Source of the DNA: Giardia intestinalis
Taxonomy: Eukaryota
Reading direction: 5' to 3' (one strand)
NCBI GenBank assembly: GCA_000002435.2
Contig: CM018791.1
DNA length: 64,000 bases
In this document: in pieces, positions 48,356 through 59,606 of the stretch
How the letters are laid out: every line of letters starts with the position of its first letter
Numbering within the stretch: position 1 is the first letter of the stretch
Program-made: the position numbers and the translations under genes
Notes under the pieces: generated by a model
What the model was told of the DNA's origin: nothing
Seen by the model: only the letters and a program-made list of their open reading frames with translations
Databases searched by the model: none

Positions 48356-51300
48356 TTAGACAGCTTCGGAGATCTCTGTGATAGTATGCTGCTCAGCACT
48401 AGCAAACAGGAGCCGCATTGTCGATTTTGCCGATCGCAAGCTGAGGGGGAGCTGGTATGTTAGCTCTTTCTTGGTAACGACACTGAGCAGGGGCAATGAG
48501 AAGATCTGTATTGCTGTAACAATACCATCTGACGCCTGCTGGATCAACCCCTCGCGAGCCCTTCTTTTCTCTCTGTCTAGGGGGCTATCAGACAAATATG
48601 CAAGATGGTAAACGATCAGCTGAGAAGACACGTTCTTGTGTGCTCGAGCAGCAGGAAACTTAAAGGTTACAATAATGTTGGGTTTAACTGCAGAAAGCTT
48701 GATTATGGTCCTGTGAGGATATACCACAGACGAGAAGATGGTAGAATCCAGATATCTGGTTAGCCGTGAAGTCTTGGCCAGTACACCAGAGGCGAGCTTT
48801 ACCTCACATTCAAGCAGACTAGCACCTGGCTTGGGAATGAAGTTAGCGCACTGCATTGATGAAGTGGTGTGCGTCAAGGACACAGTGCTGACAACCCTTG
48901 TTGGGGGCTTCTCTTGTGGTGATCTGGTGGATGCGGCAACACCAATGATGTAGTAGTCGGTTGCTGGTATGCTCATCTGAAAGGAGTATGTGGAAAGAGG
49001 CGAGTGTGCATCCAATACAAACTGGAAGACGCGAACTCCTGCTAATAATGCGGGGATCTCCTTGCAGCTGTAAGCTTCTTCTGGTTTTGAAGTGATGCTA
49101 GGTCTTGCTGTTGTTTCGGAAAACGGGTTAGACGGGGTTACTAAATAAAGCATTTGTAAAAGACTTGCTGGCTTGATTAGCAATCGAGTTTGTTGGCAAC
49201 AGTCACTGGGAGAAGACTCGTCAGCAGAAGACTCGTCTTGAGATATATGTGTACACACACAGCCATTCTGTAAGTGAAGCTGGGCACAGGTGCCAGCCAA
49301 TCGCATGGCCACGGGCATTGCCAGATTATGAGCAAGATGCTCACAAAAGGAGCCGAGAATGGTAAGCTCTGTCGGGTCTTCGTCTGGAAGGTTGGTTAGT
49401 ATAGAGGTCTCGTCTATACTGCTCTTGAGCTTATTTGCCAGCTCTTGGTCAAATGTCTCTAACAGAGCATATGCTCTCTCAGACTCCGTCATGGTCTTAT
49501 CTGAAGCTAAGATTTTGCAGATTGGTTCCAGAAGACTCTCTTCACCTGCACACTCCGGACAAAGGGATGCCGGCGCTTCAAATTCATAACTAGAATAAAA
49601 TATCTGATCACGGAGAGGTGAACACGATACGCAAAATGGTAGCTGACACTTTGCACATCGGTCTCCTCTGAGATCTTCGCTAATAGATGCTCCACAGCTG
49701 GAGCAAGGCAGCCCAATTAGACTGCTTGCGATCGCTGTCGGCTGCTCCTGCAAATATTCAAGAAGCATCTGCTCAAACTTATCAGCAATTTCTCCCAGGG
49801 ACAGAGTATTTGTAACTGCTGCTGAACGAAGACGTGCATACAGACTATTCTTAATACGTACTTGGGGAGACAGAATACTGAACAATGTATTGCTGTCTGA
49901 CCTAATAAATCCAGCTAGGAACGTTGAAGAAGCCAATTTGTAGAGAGACGCAGCAAGCTTAATGTAAGTGTCGCTGAAGTAAGATGAAGATTTATACAGC
50001 TTCTTATAGTTTGTGGTGCCAAATATGATCTTCAGTTCGTTAGAGTTCTCTAATAGTGCTGGTGTGTATAGAACCAGAAGCCTAATAATTTCTAAAATCA
50101 TGGGATTTGGTGCTATCATAATCAATGGAATAGAGGCCTTCTTTTCATGCAGTTGGGCTCTCAGAATACTTAGCAGCCCATGAGTGAAGGAAAAATTGCA
50201 TCGAGAGTCAATGATAGCACCTATGCACGTTAGCTTGCTGCCAGCTCCTTTCCTTTTGGTCTTTGCAGCACTTACAAACCGCTGGGCACGTTGATAAATC
50301 GACATTAGCAGAGGTTGTGATGTAGCTGCAATACTTTGCTCCTGGCTTAGCATCAACGCTGTCAGAGTTGATATGATAGTAGGCATAGCTGACTCTCCAT
50401 TCATGTACCGTGCTACAGCGTAACAATTAGACATGGATATTTGAGTGTTAGACTTAGAGCGACCATTATCGGCCAGCAATGAGGTTACAAGAGCACTGAG
50501 TGCGTGGCGTACAGTTATCAGGTGACAAGTGGTATTGAGGGTCGCTTCGGTGATGGGTGGCGCACTGCACAAGGATAGTCCTGCATCAACACTAAATCCT
50601 GGCACAACGAGGTGAGAGATGATAAACTGAGAGCCTTCCGGCTGGTCTACTCGAACAAGATCGAAATCAAAGGGAGTCTTTACCCCAGCGATCAGAGAAG
50701 AGTCACTCCACGATATCTCACATATTAGAGAGAAGAATAAATACTCCTGCGGAATACTGTCCTGACTGCTTTCCTGTATGACGGAGCTTCGCTTCATGTT
50801 CAGATCTGGGACAGACACGTGGAGGCCTACCTGATGACTTTCATATAGCTTGTACCATATGCTTGGACACCTCTTGCTACTGATAAATACGTTTATGCTT
50901 GGAATCGTATGCGGAGGCACTTGGTCGGACAGGCCTAAAGATCTCCCAGTAGGGGTCCTCAGACTGAGATGAGAACAGTAAATGATAATCTGTTTGGCAG
51001 ACGACACAGGTATATTAGACTGAAAGTACACCGACTTACCGCTTGGGCCAAGAGGGGCTTCATCGAAAGGAGCAAATGAAACTGGACGCACTACAGCTGA
51101 CATGGCAGATACAAGTCTGTGCGCATAGCTGAGTACCTTATGCTGGTAAGGTGATTGCTTGTCTGAAGAGGGCTTTACTTCCTTACTCAAATAGGAGGAT
51201 CGCAAGTTTTTTGTATCGAGCTGGAGTAGGAGACGCTCAGCCAAGTCGTTGACAGTTGCTGCAGTCAACACACGATTGAGTCTTTTCTCCTTAGAGTTTC

Positions 51301-52219
51301 CGAATGCGTTGATTTGCTCTAGTAGCATGTCCAGTAATAACTGGTAATCTGTTGTGAGACCGAGGATAAGGGGGTGTATGGCAAACTCAACCTTTAGCTC
51401 TGCGTGTTCTCTATCAATGACCGGGGTGAGACCGTACTTAGAAAGAGCTGGGCCGAGAGCTTCGCAGTGCTTCTTATTCGCGAAGTATAACCGCCTGATC
51501 CTCTGGGACCGGCAGGTAAGAAGCGTCGCTAGTTGCTCTACAAAGTTGCCAACACTTTGATCCTCCTGGTCGATCAAAGCTTCGTTATAGTTGGTAGTGA
51601 TCAGGGGCAGTTGTCGGGTATTAGATGTGCCATCACAAAAAGCCCGATCGTCAGTTAAATTGCATGAGAGATAGTACAGAATAGATGTTTTCCTTTCTTT
51701 CTGACCAGATATCCAGTCTCTCCCCATGTATATGTGTTCACCTTTGTAGCCGATAGAAAACCGAGTAACAATATTAAGTTTTCGCAACGCCTCGGCATCT
51801 GTATCACAAAACATGGCGTAGAACGTCAGCTCTGGAAGGGTAGGAAAAGCAGAGGAATGAACATGTGTTGAGAGGCAATTCTGAGCCCGCAGAGCCTTGA
51901 AGAATGCCAAGGCTTCGGTCTCTTTAAATAGTTGCTTTGGGATTGCTCGCTCTATTTGCCAGGAAAGGCGAAGCGATAGGGTCTGCACCTCTGCACCATA
52001 AAAGTAGTAGACACAAGCGCTTGGAAAGAGAAGGCACCCCAAAAAGAAGCTCTCATCTATACACAGTGTCGCCTTTGCCAGAAATTCTTCGGTCAAAAGG
52101 CTTGCTCCAAGTGGATAGATGTGAGGCATGGGCTGATCTGCCGTGAAGGCTATCACCGTCTGGACATCCTTTTGTTTATCCACTAGAAAGTAGACTTCAT
52201 TAATCTCATAAACTTTCAT
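48356..52219 (-). CDS. large hypothetical protein (1287 aa) with a Cys-rich putative zinc-binding segment
   Basis: ATG at 52219. CSSCGASISEDLRGDRCAKCQLPFCVSCS…CPECAGEE resembles a B-box or treble-clef-like module. Remainder unassigned. Confidence 0.6.
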   Translation of the reverse strand: MKVYEINEVYFLVDKQKDVQTVIAFTADQPMPHIYPLGASLLTEEFLAKATLCIDESFFLGCLLFPSACVYYFYGAEVQTLSLRLSWQIERAIPKQLFKETEALAFFKALRAQNCLSTHVHSSAFPTLPELTFYAMFCDTDAEALRKLNIVTRFSIGYKGEHIYMGRDWISGQKERKTSILYYLSCNLTDDRAFCDGTSNTRQLPLITTNYNEALIDQEDQSVGNFVEQLATLLTCRSQRIRRLYFANKKHCEALGPALSKYGLTPVIDREHAELKVEFAIHPLILGLTTDYQLLLDMLLEQINAFGNSKEKRLNRVLTAATVNDLAERLLLQLDTKNLRSSYLSKEVKPSSDKQSPYQHKVLSYAHRLVSAMSAVVRPVSFAPFDEAPLGPSGKSVYFQSNIPVSSAKQIIIYCSHLSLRTPTGRSLGLSDQVPPHTIPSINVFISSKRCPSIWYKLYESHQVGLHVSVPDLNMKRSSVIQESSQDSIPQEYLFFSLICEISWSDSSLIAGVKTPFDFDLVRVDQPEGSQFIISHLVVPGFSVDAGLSLCSAPPITEATLNTTCHLITVRHALSALVTSLLADNGRSKSNTQISMSNCYAVARYMNGESAMPTIISTLTALMLSQEQSIAATSQPLLMSIYQRAQRFVSAAKTKRKGAGSKLTCIGAIIDSRCNFSFTHGLLSILRAQLHEKKASIPLIMIAPNPMILEIIRLLVLYTPALLENSNELKIIFGTTNYKKLYKSSSYFSDTYIKLAASLYKLASSTFLAGFIRSDSNTLFSILSPQVRIKNSLYARLRSAAVTNTLSLGEIADKFEQMLLEYLQEQPTAIASSLIGLPCSSCGASISEDLRGDRCAKCQLPFCVSCSPLRDQIFYSSYEFEAPASLCPECAGEESLLEPICKILASDKTMTESERAYALLETFDQELANKLKSSIDETSILTNLPDEDPTELTILGSFCEHLAHNLAMPVAMRLAGTCAQLHLQNGCVCTHISQDESSADESSPSDCCQQTRLLIKPASLLQMLYLVTPSNPFSETTARPSITSKPEEAYSCKEIPALLAGVRVFQFVLDAHSPLSTYSFQMSIPATDYYIIGVAASTRSPQEKPPTRVVSTVSLTHTTSSMQCANFIPKPGASLLECEVKLASGVLAKTSRLTRYLDSTIFSSVVYPHRTIIKLSAVKPNIIVTFKFPAARAHKNVSSQLIVYHLAYLSDSPLDREKRRAREGLIQQASDGIVTAIQIFSLPLLSVVTKKELTYQLPLSLRSAKSTMRLLFASAEQHTITEISEAV

Positions 52220-52312
52220 GACCTGAGGTCGATAGAAAAGAAAGGAGAGACCTGACTATTTTTTGGTCCTGCTTAGATTTGTGCCAAAGAACCCAGCAGC
52301 TCCACTTGCAGC
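52220..52312. promoter_or_regulatory. 93-bp bidirectional promoter
   Basis: ctattttttggtcctgcttagattt lies between divergent ATGs at 52219 (-) and 52313 (+). Confidence 0.4.
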
Positions 52313-53338
52313 ATGCCTCTTCTTCAGCTAAGATCCTTTAGCACGGGTGCTGCAGAGATCAAGCCCCCACAGCCCCAGGGTTCAGCATCTGCAAAGCATC
52401 AGGATTTGGAAAGAGGTAGTACTCTTAGTTTTCAACCAAAGACTCGAGGTGGGCGTAGAGCATTAAGTCTTGACACTGGATCAAGAGCAAAGGGATGCCT
52501 TGTGACTGCATGCACACCACTCTGTGGAGAGGCACATGTCCCCCAGCTGCTTCTAAGCCTAGAGAACCATGTTCAGCCGCCCAATAAACGCGCTAAGACT
52601 ATGCTCCGGACAGGTATGAAGACCGTTGTTCAGCCAACTCGCATCACCATTAAGAGCACCGATGGCACGGCTGAGTATCCACCATCCTATTTCCCCAATT
52701 CCCTGACGCTTCCGTCGATAAACTTTACTTTGGGAGATTGCCAGGTATCGCGTGAGGTTACGAAGGGCTTTGTCCAGCGTGAGGACGTCTGTGAGGCCAT
52801 AGATCCAGATGCAGCTATGGGACTCCTTGGTCACCGAATTGCAAACCACAGCATTACTATGGCCAGTAGCGGGGTCCTCAGGGAGAGCACGAAAACGAAT
52901 GAGTATTGTATGATACACTCCATCCAGAACAACCTCGCAATCATCAGACGTACAACGAACACGTTGATGAAGAGGCTTCAAGACCAGCTGGCATCTAGTG
53001 AGAGAGCGCTCGCTGAGTGTAGGGCACGCATAGATAGCGCAGAGGCCCGTGCCGTGTCTCTCGACGCAATGGTAGAACGAATCCATACTCTCGCCTCAAA
53101 CACGACGCTGCAGGAGCTTTGTGTCATCAGTAAGGACCAGGAGGATGTCAGCCACATCATTGCTCATTTGGACTCGCAGCTGGATAAAGACATTAAGACC
53201 CTCGATGAAATGTACACCTTTGGACACGACTTTTCTCAGCGTGTCATGCTATACAGGAGTCGACTTCCGGTCTTCGAGAAGACGATGACCGTCCTAAAGC
53301 TGAAGTGTGACGCAATAAAGAGCAAGGTAAACAAGTAG
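52313..53338 (+). CDS. hypothetical coiled-coil protein (341 aa)
   Basis: ATG at 52313. C-terminal half is heptad-rich (LQDQLASSERALAECRARIDSAEARAVSLDAMVERIH). Confidence 0.5.
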   Translation: MPLLQLRSFSTGAAEIKPPQPQGSASAKHQDLERGSTLSFQPKTRGGRRALSLDTGSRAKGCLVTACTPLCGEAHVPQLLLSLENHVQPPNKRAKTMLRTGMKTVVQPTRITIKSTDGTAEYPPSYFPNSLTLPSINFTLGDCQVSREVTKGFVQREDVCEAIDPDAAMGLLGHRIANHSITMASSGVLRESTKTNEYCMIHSIQNNLAIIRRTTNTLMKRLQDQLASSERALAECRARIDSAEARAVSLDAMVERIHTLASNTTLQELCVISKDQEDVSHIIAHLDSQLDKDIKTLDEMYTFGHDFSQRVMLYRSRLPVFEKTMTVLKLKCDAIKSKVNK

Positions 53339-53361
53339 GTGCATTCACTCACGAGGACAAC

Positions 53362-54072
53362 TTAAAAGCCTATCTTGATCTGCCTAATGAACCTTCCCAC
53401 TTCAGGGCGAGAAAGCATAAGGGTGCCGACTAGGTTCGTGGCCTTCTCCCTCCACTCGGGGCAGTCAAGCTTCACAGTCCCGAGCAGTTCCTTTCCAATG
53501 CGCTTCACAGGCTCGGTGAGAGAGCCGAGGAGCTTGCTCTTGCTCTCCGCAAGGTTGATGCAGAGCTGTATGGCGTCTACAGATATGTCTGTAATCACTG
53601 AGTCGAGGACAACGAAGTCCGGGCAAGCCCTATCAGAGTGCACAGTCTTCCCCATGTACATGTAGTATCCCAGCATAACCGGGATGGGGCGGTTGTCCGA
53701 GGCCACGTAGACGAACTCGGGACGGATGCCGTCCTGGAAAGCAGCTGCGCAGTGGTACGAGGCATGCACGGACCCCACGCAGATGATTGTCTCGGGACGG
53801 ACAAGATCCAGGGCCTCCTTCAATTGCTCGATGCTAGGCCTCGTGGGAGGGCTGTCAGGAACGTCAACAGAATAGACCTCGATGCCTCTCTCTTTGCAGA
53901 TGTCCGAAACATACTCCTTCTGCTCCCTCAGATGCAAGTGGCTAACCAGCACAACCTTAGTCGCCCTGATCTCGTTGACGACAGTCGGGAAAGCCGACGG
54001 GCGATAGTAGAGGCGGTTGGGGAAGACTATTGACTCCATTTTTTTACTCGATTCCAAGATATCTAATTTCAT
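53362..54072 (-). CDS. hypothetical alpha/beta-fold protein (about 225-236 aa)
   Basis: ORF track start 54078 is TTG. Candidate ATGs at 54072 (GGTTTTGAAAATG) and 54039 (GAGTAAAAAAATGG), both with good initiators. No confident domain assignment. Confidence 0.5.
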   Translation of the reverse strand: MKLDILESSKKMESIVFPNRLYYRPSAFPTVVNEIRATKVVLVSHLHLREQKEYVSDICKERGIEVYSVDVPDSPPTRPSIEQLKEALDLVRPETIICVGSVHASYHCAAAFQDGIRPEFVYVASDNRPIPVMLGYYMYMGKTVHSDRACPDFVVLDSVITDISVDAIQLCINLAESKSKLLGSLTEPVKRIGKELLGTVKLDCPEWREKATNLVGTLMLSRPEVGRFIRQIKIGF

Positions 54073-54152
54073 TTTCAAAACCGGAGACCTGTTGACAAGG
54101 CACTTTGCTCCGCAGCACCAACAGTAAACCGCAGTGTGCGTTCCGTTGGGTG

Positions 54153-56171
54153 CTAGTTGGTTATTCTAATTTTGTCCATACGCATCTCGGCTGCATGATC
54201 CTCCTGACGCTCCAGCGCTGCTTGCTTCCTGAACTCGAGGATGCTGACCAGACTCTTGAACAGTTTGTTCTGCGCCATCCGGTTGGGGAGGTTGCATTTT
54301 AGTTCCTCTTGCTTCGCACGAATCTCCATCATCTGGGTCTTACACGCGTTGTTCTCACTAGTGATCTCTCGCTTCAACCTGTCGAATTCTCGTACGTTGT
54401 CAGCCTGCTCCAGTTCCAGGCGTAACAGCTCCGCCTTCTTGTCTGTAACGATCGCCTGTGTCTTCAGATTGTCTATCTCCAGCTCAAGCGCTCGAACGCT
54501 TAGACGTAGCTTGTAGACTGACCCCTCCCGTGACACTTCAAGGGTCCTGGCTCGCTGATTCTCGCTCTCTGTGTCTGCTTCCAGTTGGGCACACTGGCGC
54601 TTCAATGCAGCAAGCTCAGAGACGCGAGGGGCAAGATCGCGCTTCTTCTGCTGCAATGTGGCGTCCAGCTCAGCCAGAACCGCCTTTGCTTCCATAAGAT
54701 TCTTCGCGTTTAAGCCAACGCCCCCGATGCTCCCCAGCACCCGCTGCTTTCCTCCCCCAATGGGCCTAAGTCCCCCGGCATCAGTGAGTTCATCTGGAGC
54801 CTCTGCAGAAAGATTCGGGATTGCGGCAAGGATGTCCTTTGTGCGGGAAACTATAGCGTTCTCCTTGCGCAGCAGCTGCTGTTCGTCCATTGCCTTCTTG
54901 TGCAGTGGTTTGAGAGCTCTGCCCTTTGAAAGGAGGTTCTTGAACAGTAACATGGGTATGCTGTCCATGTCATCTATGTCCTTCATCAAGCTCGCCATGT
55001 CTGTGCTCGAGCACCTCTTCGCTACCTCTGCATCTACCTCTGCACTTTCCCGCCTTGCATTTGTGAGTCTATTTTCAAGCTGTGCACGCTGAGTTTTAAT
55101 TTTCGTTATCTGCTGATTCAAGAAGCTCATTTTCTCCTGCTCATTATCTTCCTCATCCGGAGAACCAACCGTGGAAACCATTTCCCTGTACTTGACTAGG
55201 TCCGTCCGCAGGGTCTCTAACTCGTTCTCCATGAGCTCAATAGCCTCCTGTCCTGGTTCAGACTGAATCAGGTGTGCAAGTGACTCTTTCTCTGTGATTT
55301 CTGCCGTGAGGTTGATAATCTCTTGTTTCAGCCGCTTGTTCTCTGCCTCCGATGCCTCCAAGATGTTGGCAGGAGTCCCCCGAGCGGAGTTGACCACGGC
55401 CTTCGCCGCATTCAGTGCAGCACGCCGTATCTCGTTTTGGCTATTAATCTGGGTCTTTAGTTCTTCAATCTCTGAGAGCGCAACCCGGCGACGACTGGCC
55501 AAGCGAACGGCCTCTTTCGGTACTGACAGTGCCTTGGCTTGCTTCACCCGGTCGAACAGCTTATCCCTCCTTGTCAGAAATGTGGTCTTGTCAGTGGCAA
55601 GGCGCTCCATCTTCTGCAGAATCTGATCTTTCTGGACGTCTCTGTTTTGATTGAGTGCCTCTGTAAACCTACTTTGAGCTTCGCGTAGCTGGGACAGAAG
55701 CGTCTGGATCTGGGGGTCGACCATGTAGTCTGCAGGAATCACCGGGGGCAGTTTGAACTTGGAGACATAAATCGTTTCCCTGGAAGCAGCCAGGTCCTTA
55801 AGGATGGCGGAGAGGAGAACGCGCATATTGGCTGAGTCTGAAAGAACAAGCTCCTGGACAAAGGCTTGCTTGTCAGCCATGCTTCGAGATTCATTGAGAT
55901 TTAAAAGACAGACAGTGAAGTCGGTTATACCAGCGGCGACCTGCTCCAAATTGGCCGCGTTGACCTTCACAGGGGGAGGCACAGCTTTGCTGTCCTCGGC
56001 CAGAGAGTGCGGACGGACCTGGTATGCCACGTCTGCAAGAAGCTGCATTGCTCTAACGGGGTCATGCAAGATTTCTGAAAGAGTGATAAGCGTCATCCTG
56101 CGCTCGAAGGGAGGAAGATTGAGGCCGTCTGTAATGGTCTGGAGCTGATCTGTGCTTGTCGGAGGCTGCAT
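54153..56171 (-). CDS. IFT81: intraflagellar transport protein 81 (IFT81)
   Basis: ATG at 56171 after TTCTAAAAACTATG. The N-terminal calponin-homology-like block [38 protein letters not shown] matches IFT81's [36 protein letters not shown]. The [14 protein letters not shown] block and a C-terminal coiled coil of about 500 aa also fit. Confidence 0.75.
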
Positions 56172-56225
56172 AGTTTTTAGAAAGTGGCCGGTACGTGCTC
56201 AAAAAGCAATTTACAACAATTCAGT

Positions 56226-57764
56226 CTATCTGACACGTCCGCACATGTCGAACTTTTCAAACACCTTCTCGTTCACCACCACTTCTTCTATTTCATCTAG
56301 CGTCTTTCCTTTTGTCTCAGGGATAATGAACCACGACAAAATTGTGAAGAAGATAGTGATCACAAGATAGAGAACAAACGCCTGCCAAAGTTTGTCCTGC
56401 ATGTAAGGGAATGTAAAGACAACTATGATGCTGGCAAGCTTGTGCATGGCAAAGGCGATGCTATTAAATTTGACACGCGCAGCCTTGGGGAAGATTTCTC
56501 CACATATCGTAAAGACCAAAGGTCCGGGGGCGATAGCAAACCCAAATATGTAGAGAAGAACACCAATCATTATGCAAGCAAGAATGGCAGGGTTTTCCTT
56601 ATTGCTGTCAGTATTAACCACATAGACAGGTATCAGCATGATAAGCATGGCTGTGAGAATAAAGGTCCCCAAAAACAGCAGGAAACGGCGCCCCATTCGC
56701 TCAACAATCGGGATAGCAACGATCGTCGAAACAAAGTTCCAGGACCCAATAATGATAGCGCCGACAAGAGAAGAGTCGGGCATCTTTACAGCCGTAAAGA
56801 AAGAACCTGCAAAGAGGATAACAGCATTGATCCCCGTGAACTGCTGGAGGAACGGAAGGATGATAGAAATGGCAAGGCACCGGCGGTAATCCTTCCTTGC
56901 GAAGCAGTCCTTGAAGGACGCAGAGTCGGTGTCATCCTTCGATGGCTTCTGTGCCTGCTCCAACGATATGGTCTTAACCTCGACTGAAGCGGCGTGGAGC
57001 TCTGTAGACGTAGCGTCGGGGGATTGAGTGCTAGCCTTAACCTGTTCGGAGGCTTGGGTGCTGGTGACCACCCGCTCTGGGATGAAGAAGCAGAAGATCA
57101 GTAAACCGACCAAATAGACTATGGTGAGAACGAAGGCCAAGTACCACAGGTTGTGACTAGAAGAGCAGCTACTGTTAATCCCGTAGGGACCATTACTACC
57201 ATTGTTTTTAATGGTGCCCCTACAGACGGAAATGAGACCCCACTCCATGATGTAGCTCAGAAGGATCCCGAGGGTTAGGAACAGCTGAATACCAACTGTG
57301 GCGATACCACGGCGGTGTGGGGGACACGTCTCTGAGATCCAGAGGGGCGTAACCGTTTGTATGCAGCTTGCTGGAAAGCCAGCGAGGACACGAATGACTA
57401 TCAGATATGCCCAATGAGTTTTGACGGTCATCAAAGCGGTAAGGACAATTGTAGAGACGCAGAAAACAATCGTCGACAGTTTTCGTCCAAGTTTCTCGAC
57501 TATTGGGAACGTCAGAAGGGATCCAACGAATGCTCCAACAAAGAATGCAGCACTGAAAGCCGCTGTAACACTTGTAGATAATGGGTCAGGTGAGTTACCA
57601 CCTTTATACCCGTATGCGTTACCTATATCTATTGAATACAGATCCTGGATAGGAGCGCCCATGTTCGTGAAGGTCGAGGCCATCGTGAGCCCGGTAAAGA
57701 GGACGAAGATGAAGAAGACACACGTATTCGGGTAGCTTGACGCATAGCTATCTTTCATGCCCAT
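56226..57764 (-). CDS. MFS sugar-porter family transporter (hexose-transporter-like)
   Basis: ATG at 57764 after TTATTTAAAATAATATTTAGGTGTAA. 12 TM. Sugar-porter signatures PLWISETCPPHRRG and C-terminal IPETKGKTLDEIEE. Confidence 0.85.
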   Translation of the reverse strand: MGMKDSYASSYPNTCVFFIFVLFTGLTMASTFTNMGAPIQDLYSIDIGNAYGYKGGNSPDPLSTSVTAAFSAAFFVGAFVGSLLTFPIVEKLGRKLSTIVFCVSTIVLTALMTVKTHWAYLIVIRVLAGFPASCIQTVTPLWISETCPPHRRGIATVGIQLFLTLGILLSYIMEWGLISVCRGTIKNNGSNGPYGINSSCSSSHNLWYLAFVLTIVYLVGLLIFCFFIPERVVTSTQASEQVKASTQSPDATSTELHAASVEVKTISLEQAQKPSKDDTDSASFKDCFARKDYRRCLAISIILPFLQQFTGINAVILFAGSFFTAVKMPDSSLVGAIIIGSWNFVSTIVAIPIVERMGRRFLLFLGTFILTAMLIMLIPVYVVNTDSNKENPAILACIMIGVLLYIFGFAIAPGPLVFTICGEIFPKAARVKFNSIAFAMHKLASIIVVFTFPYMQDKLWQAFVLYLVITIFFTILSWFIIPETKGKTLDEIEEVVVNEKVFEKFDMCGRVR

Positions 57765-58244
57765 TTACACCTAAATATTATTTTAAATAATAGTAGCAGT
57801 CAGGATTAAACGTTAACTTGCTTATTTTACGGAAGAAAAAGGAAGACCTAGAGAATCTGCCTGCTATGAATGACTTGTATCTCAGGAAGAGGTAGTAGGC
57901 GCAAATGCTACACCTGCGGAGAGCCGAACTTCTTATTGCTTCCTCTTGCGCTGTTGCAGCTGACTGTGATGATTCATATCAAACGGTAGTGTTCTCCTGC
58001 ATCTTCGCAACTGTTGATAGCGTTGCACAAACTTTCGTGTTGTGGCATTAAAATATGTAACTTTATGGCGTTTAATCTTTATGGTTAAACGAAGTTGATA
58101 GGCTAAATAGGGATGGTAATTTCATTATTGACCATAGGTAGTCTCTGTTCTTGCCTTTTGAAATCGGAGAGGGCACCCTCAAGCTTATGCAAACCAGCAA
58201 ATTACTGATCAATCACAGTTACAGGGTTTTCTACTGAACTTCTT

Positions 58245-59606
58245 CTACTGAACTTTTAGGCAAGCGAGCACCCCCTGGCCGCACAAGATCCCACCCTCTC
58301 CTGTGCCAGCCCTTTTCATGCGGACGAGGAATCCGAGGTGACGGATTGGTGCGGTGCCCACCTCAGATGGCTGACAGAAGCTATAGACACCTGTCTCTGC
58401 GTCAGCTCTTGCAACGTTCACAATCTCACTGGAGTAAATGAACTGAACTGCGTCCTGGCTGTCGGGGACAAGGCGCTCCATGAGGAAGTGTGTCGAGGCT
58501 GCCGCAGAGTCGGTGCGGAGCAAGGCATCCCAGGCTGCTGGTATGTCGTCTCCAAAGACGCAGTTCCCGCCGCCCTCTGCAATGGACTTCAGAACCATCG
58601 TGCTGGTATCTGGCGAAGAGGCAAGCCAGGCGGAGATCGCTTGCGGAGAGTCCAATATTTTGGAGAGAGTAGACGTAATTCCACTTAGGTATGCATACTT
58701 GCTGGTGGCTGTCAGAGTAGGCAGCATGTTCTGAACGACCTTCATACCGACAAGCTGGGCCTCAGCGGTAGGAATGGAAACCAGGGAGTGTGTCTCCAGC
58801 AGGATCCGCAATCGTTCATAGTTTGGGGTGCAGTGCTCGCGTGCATAGCCTGTGCGCCAGTAAGCGCCAGCAATTCGCAGGCATGTTCCTTTGTGCAAGT
58901 AGACGAGTCTTCCTTCTTGGGCATGCACGGCCCCTGCCAGCTCTGCACAGGTGCTTTGAACCATTGTCGATGGGATTCCGTGTGCTTTGCAATAAGAGTT
59001 ATACCCCTGAGAGATTGCAAGCTGGTCATTAAGCAGGGGTTCTTCTTCAGAGACCACCATCAACCAAACAGACGGTGTGGTATCACCCTCAACAGCAATG
59101 CGCGCAAGAGATGAATACAGCGATGCAAGGTTACTCTGCGCGATCCCTGAATGACCACAGGAAGCTTGTATGTCTGCAAGCCGTGCACTCATGCTCAGCA
59201 GCCCAACAGATACTGTGTTCATCTCGATCAGTCTGGGGCTCCGATTTACCATATAAAAGTCAGTGCGCTGGAGGATTGCAGTAGAAGCTCGCAAGACAGC
59301 AGCGTAGTCTTGTCCAAGAACGGTCTTCTTTTCTGATACTATTCTCCAGAGTACTTTACACACCTTGTCTGAGAGACATTTATTGGCCACTTCTTCAACA
59401 AGGGCACTATCCAAGGCCGCATCAGCTATGAATCGCCCCAGGAGTTCGGTCTTAGCCATGATTTCATCACATGCACTACGACTCATCACATAGGGCTCTG
59501 ATGCAATGGGAACCATGACTATGCTATCGTTGGATGACACAAATGCAATGCCTGCCTCGATAGCTCGTTGGCGAAGTTGTATGCTAGCATTCGTCTTACT
59601 ATCCAT
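58245..59606 (-). CDS. GSS: eukaryotic-type glutathione synthetase (ATP-grasp, GSS family)
   Basis: ORF track start 59612 is GTG; ATG at 59606. Family blocks IEMNTVSVGLLSMSARL (cf. IEINTISASFGGLASR), VLKSIAEGGGNCVFGDD (cf. VLKPQREGGGNNLYGEE), HFLMERLVP (cf. YILMEKIEP) and C-terminal HLGFLVRMKRAGTGEGGI…GVLA (cf. HLLRTK…ADGGVAAGVAVL). Confidence 0.8.
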   Translation of the reverse strand: MDSKTNASIQLRQRAIEAGIAFVSSNDSIVMVPIASEPYVMSRSACDEIMAKTELLGRFIADAALDSALVEEVANKCLSDKVCKVLWRIVSEKKTVLGQDYAAVLRASTAILQRTDFYMVNRSPRLIEMNTVSVGLLSMSARLADIQASCGHSGIAQSNLASLYSSLARIAVEGDTTPSVWLMVVSEEEPLLNDQLAISQGYNSYCKAHGIPSTMVQSTCAELAGAVHAQEGRLVYLHKGTCLRIAGAYWRTGYAREHCTPNYERLRILLETHSLVSIPTAEAQLVGMKVVQNMLPTLTATSKYAYLSGITSTLSKILDSPQAISAWLASSPDTSTMVLKSIAEGGGNCVFGDDIPAAWDALLRTDSAAASTHFLMERLVPDSQDAVQFIYSSEIVNVARADAETGVYSFCQPSEVGTAPIRHLGFLVRMKRAGTGEGGILCGQGVLACLKVQ

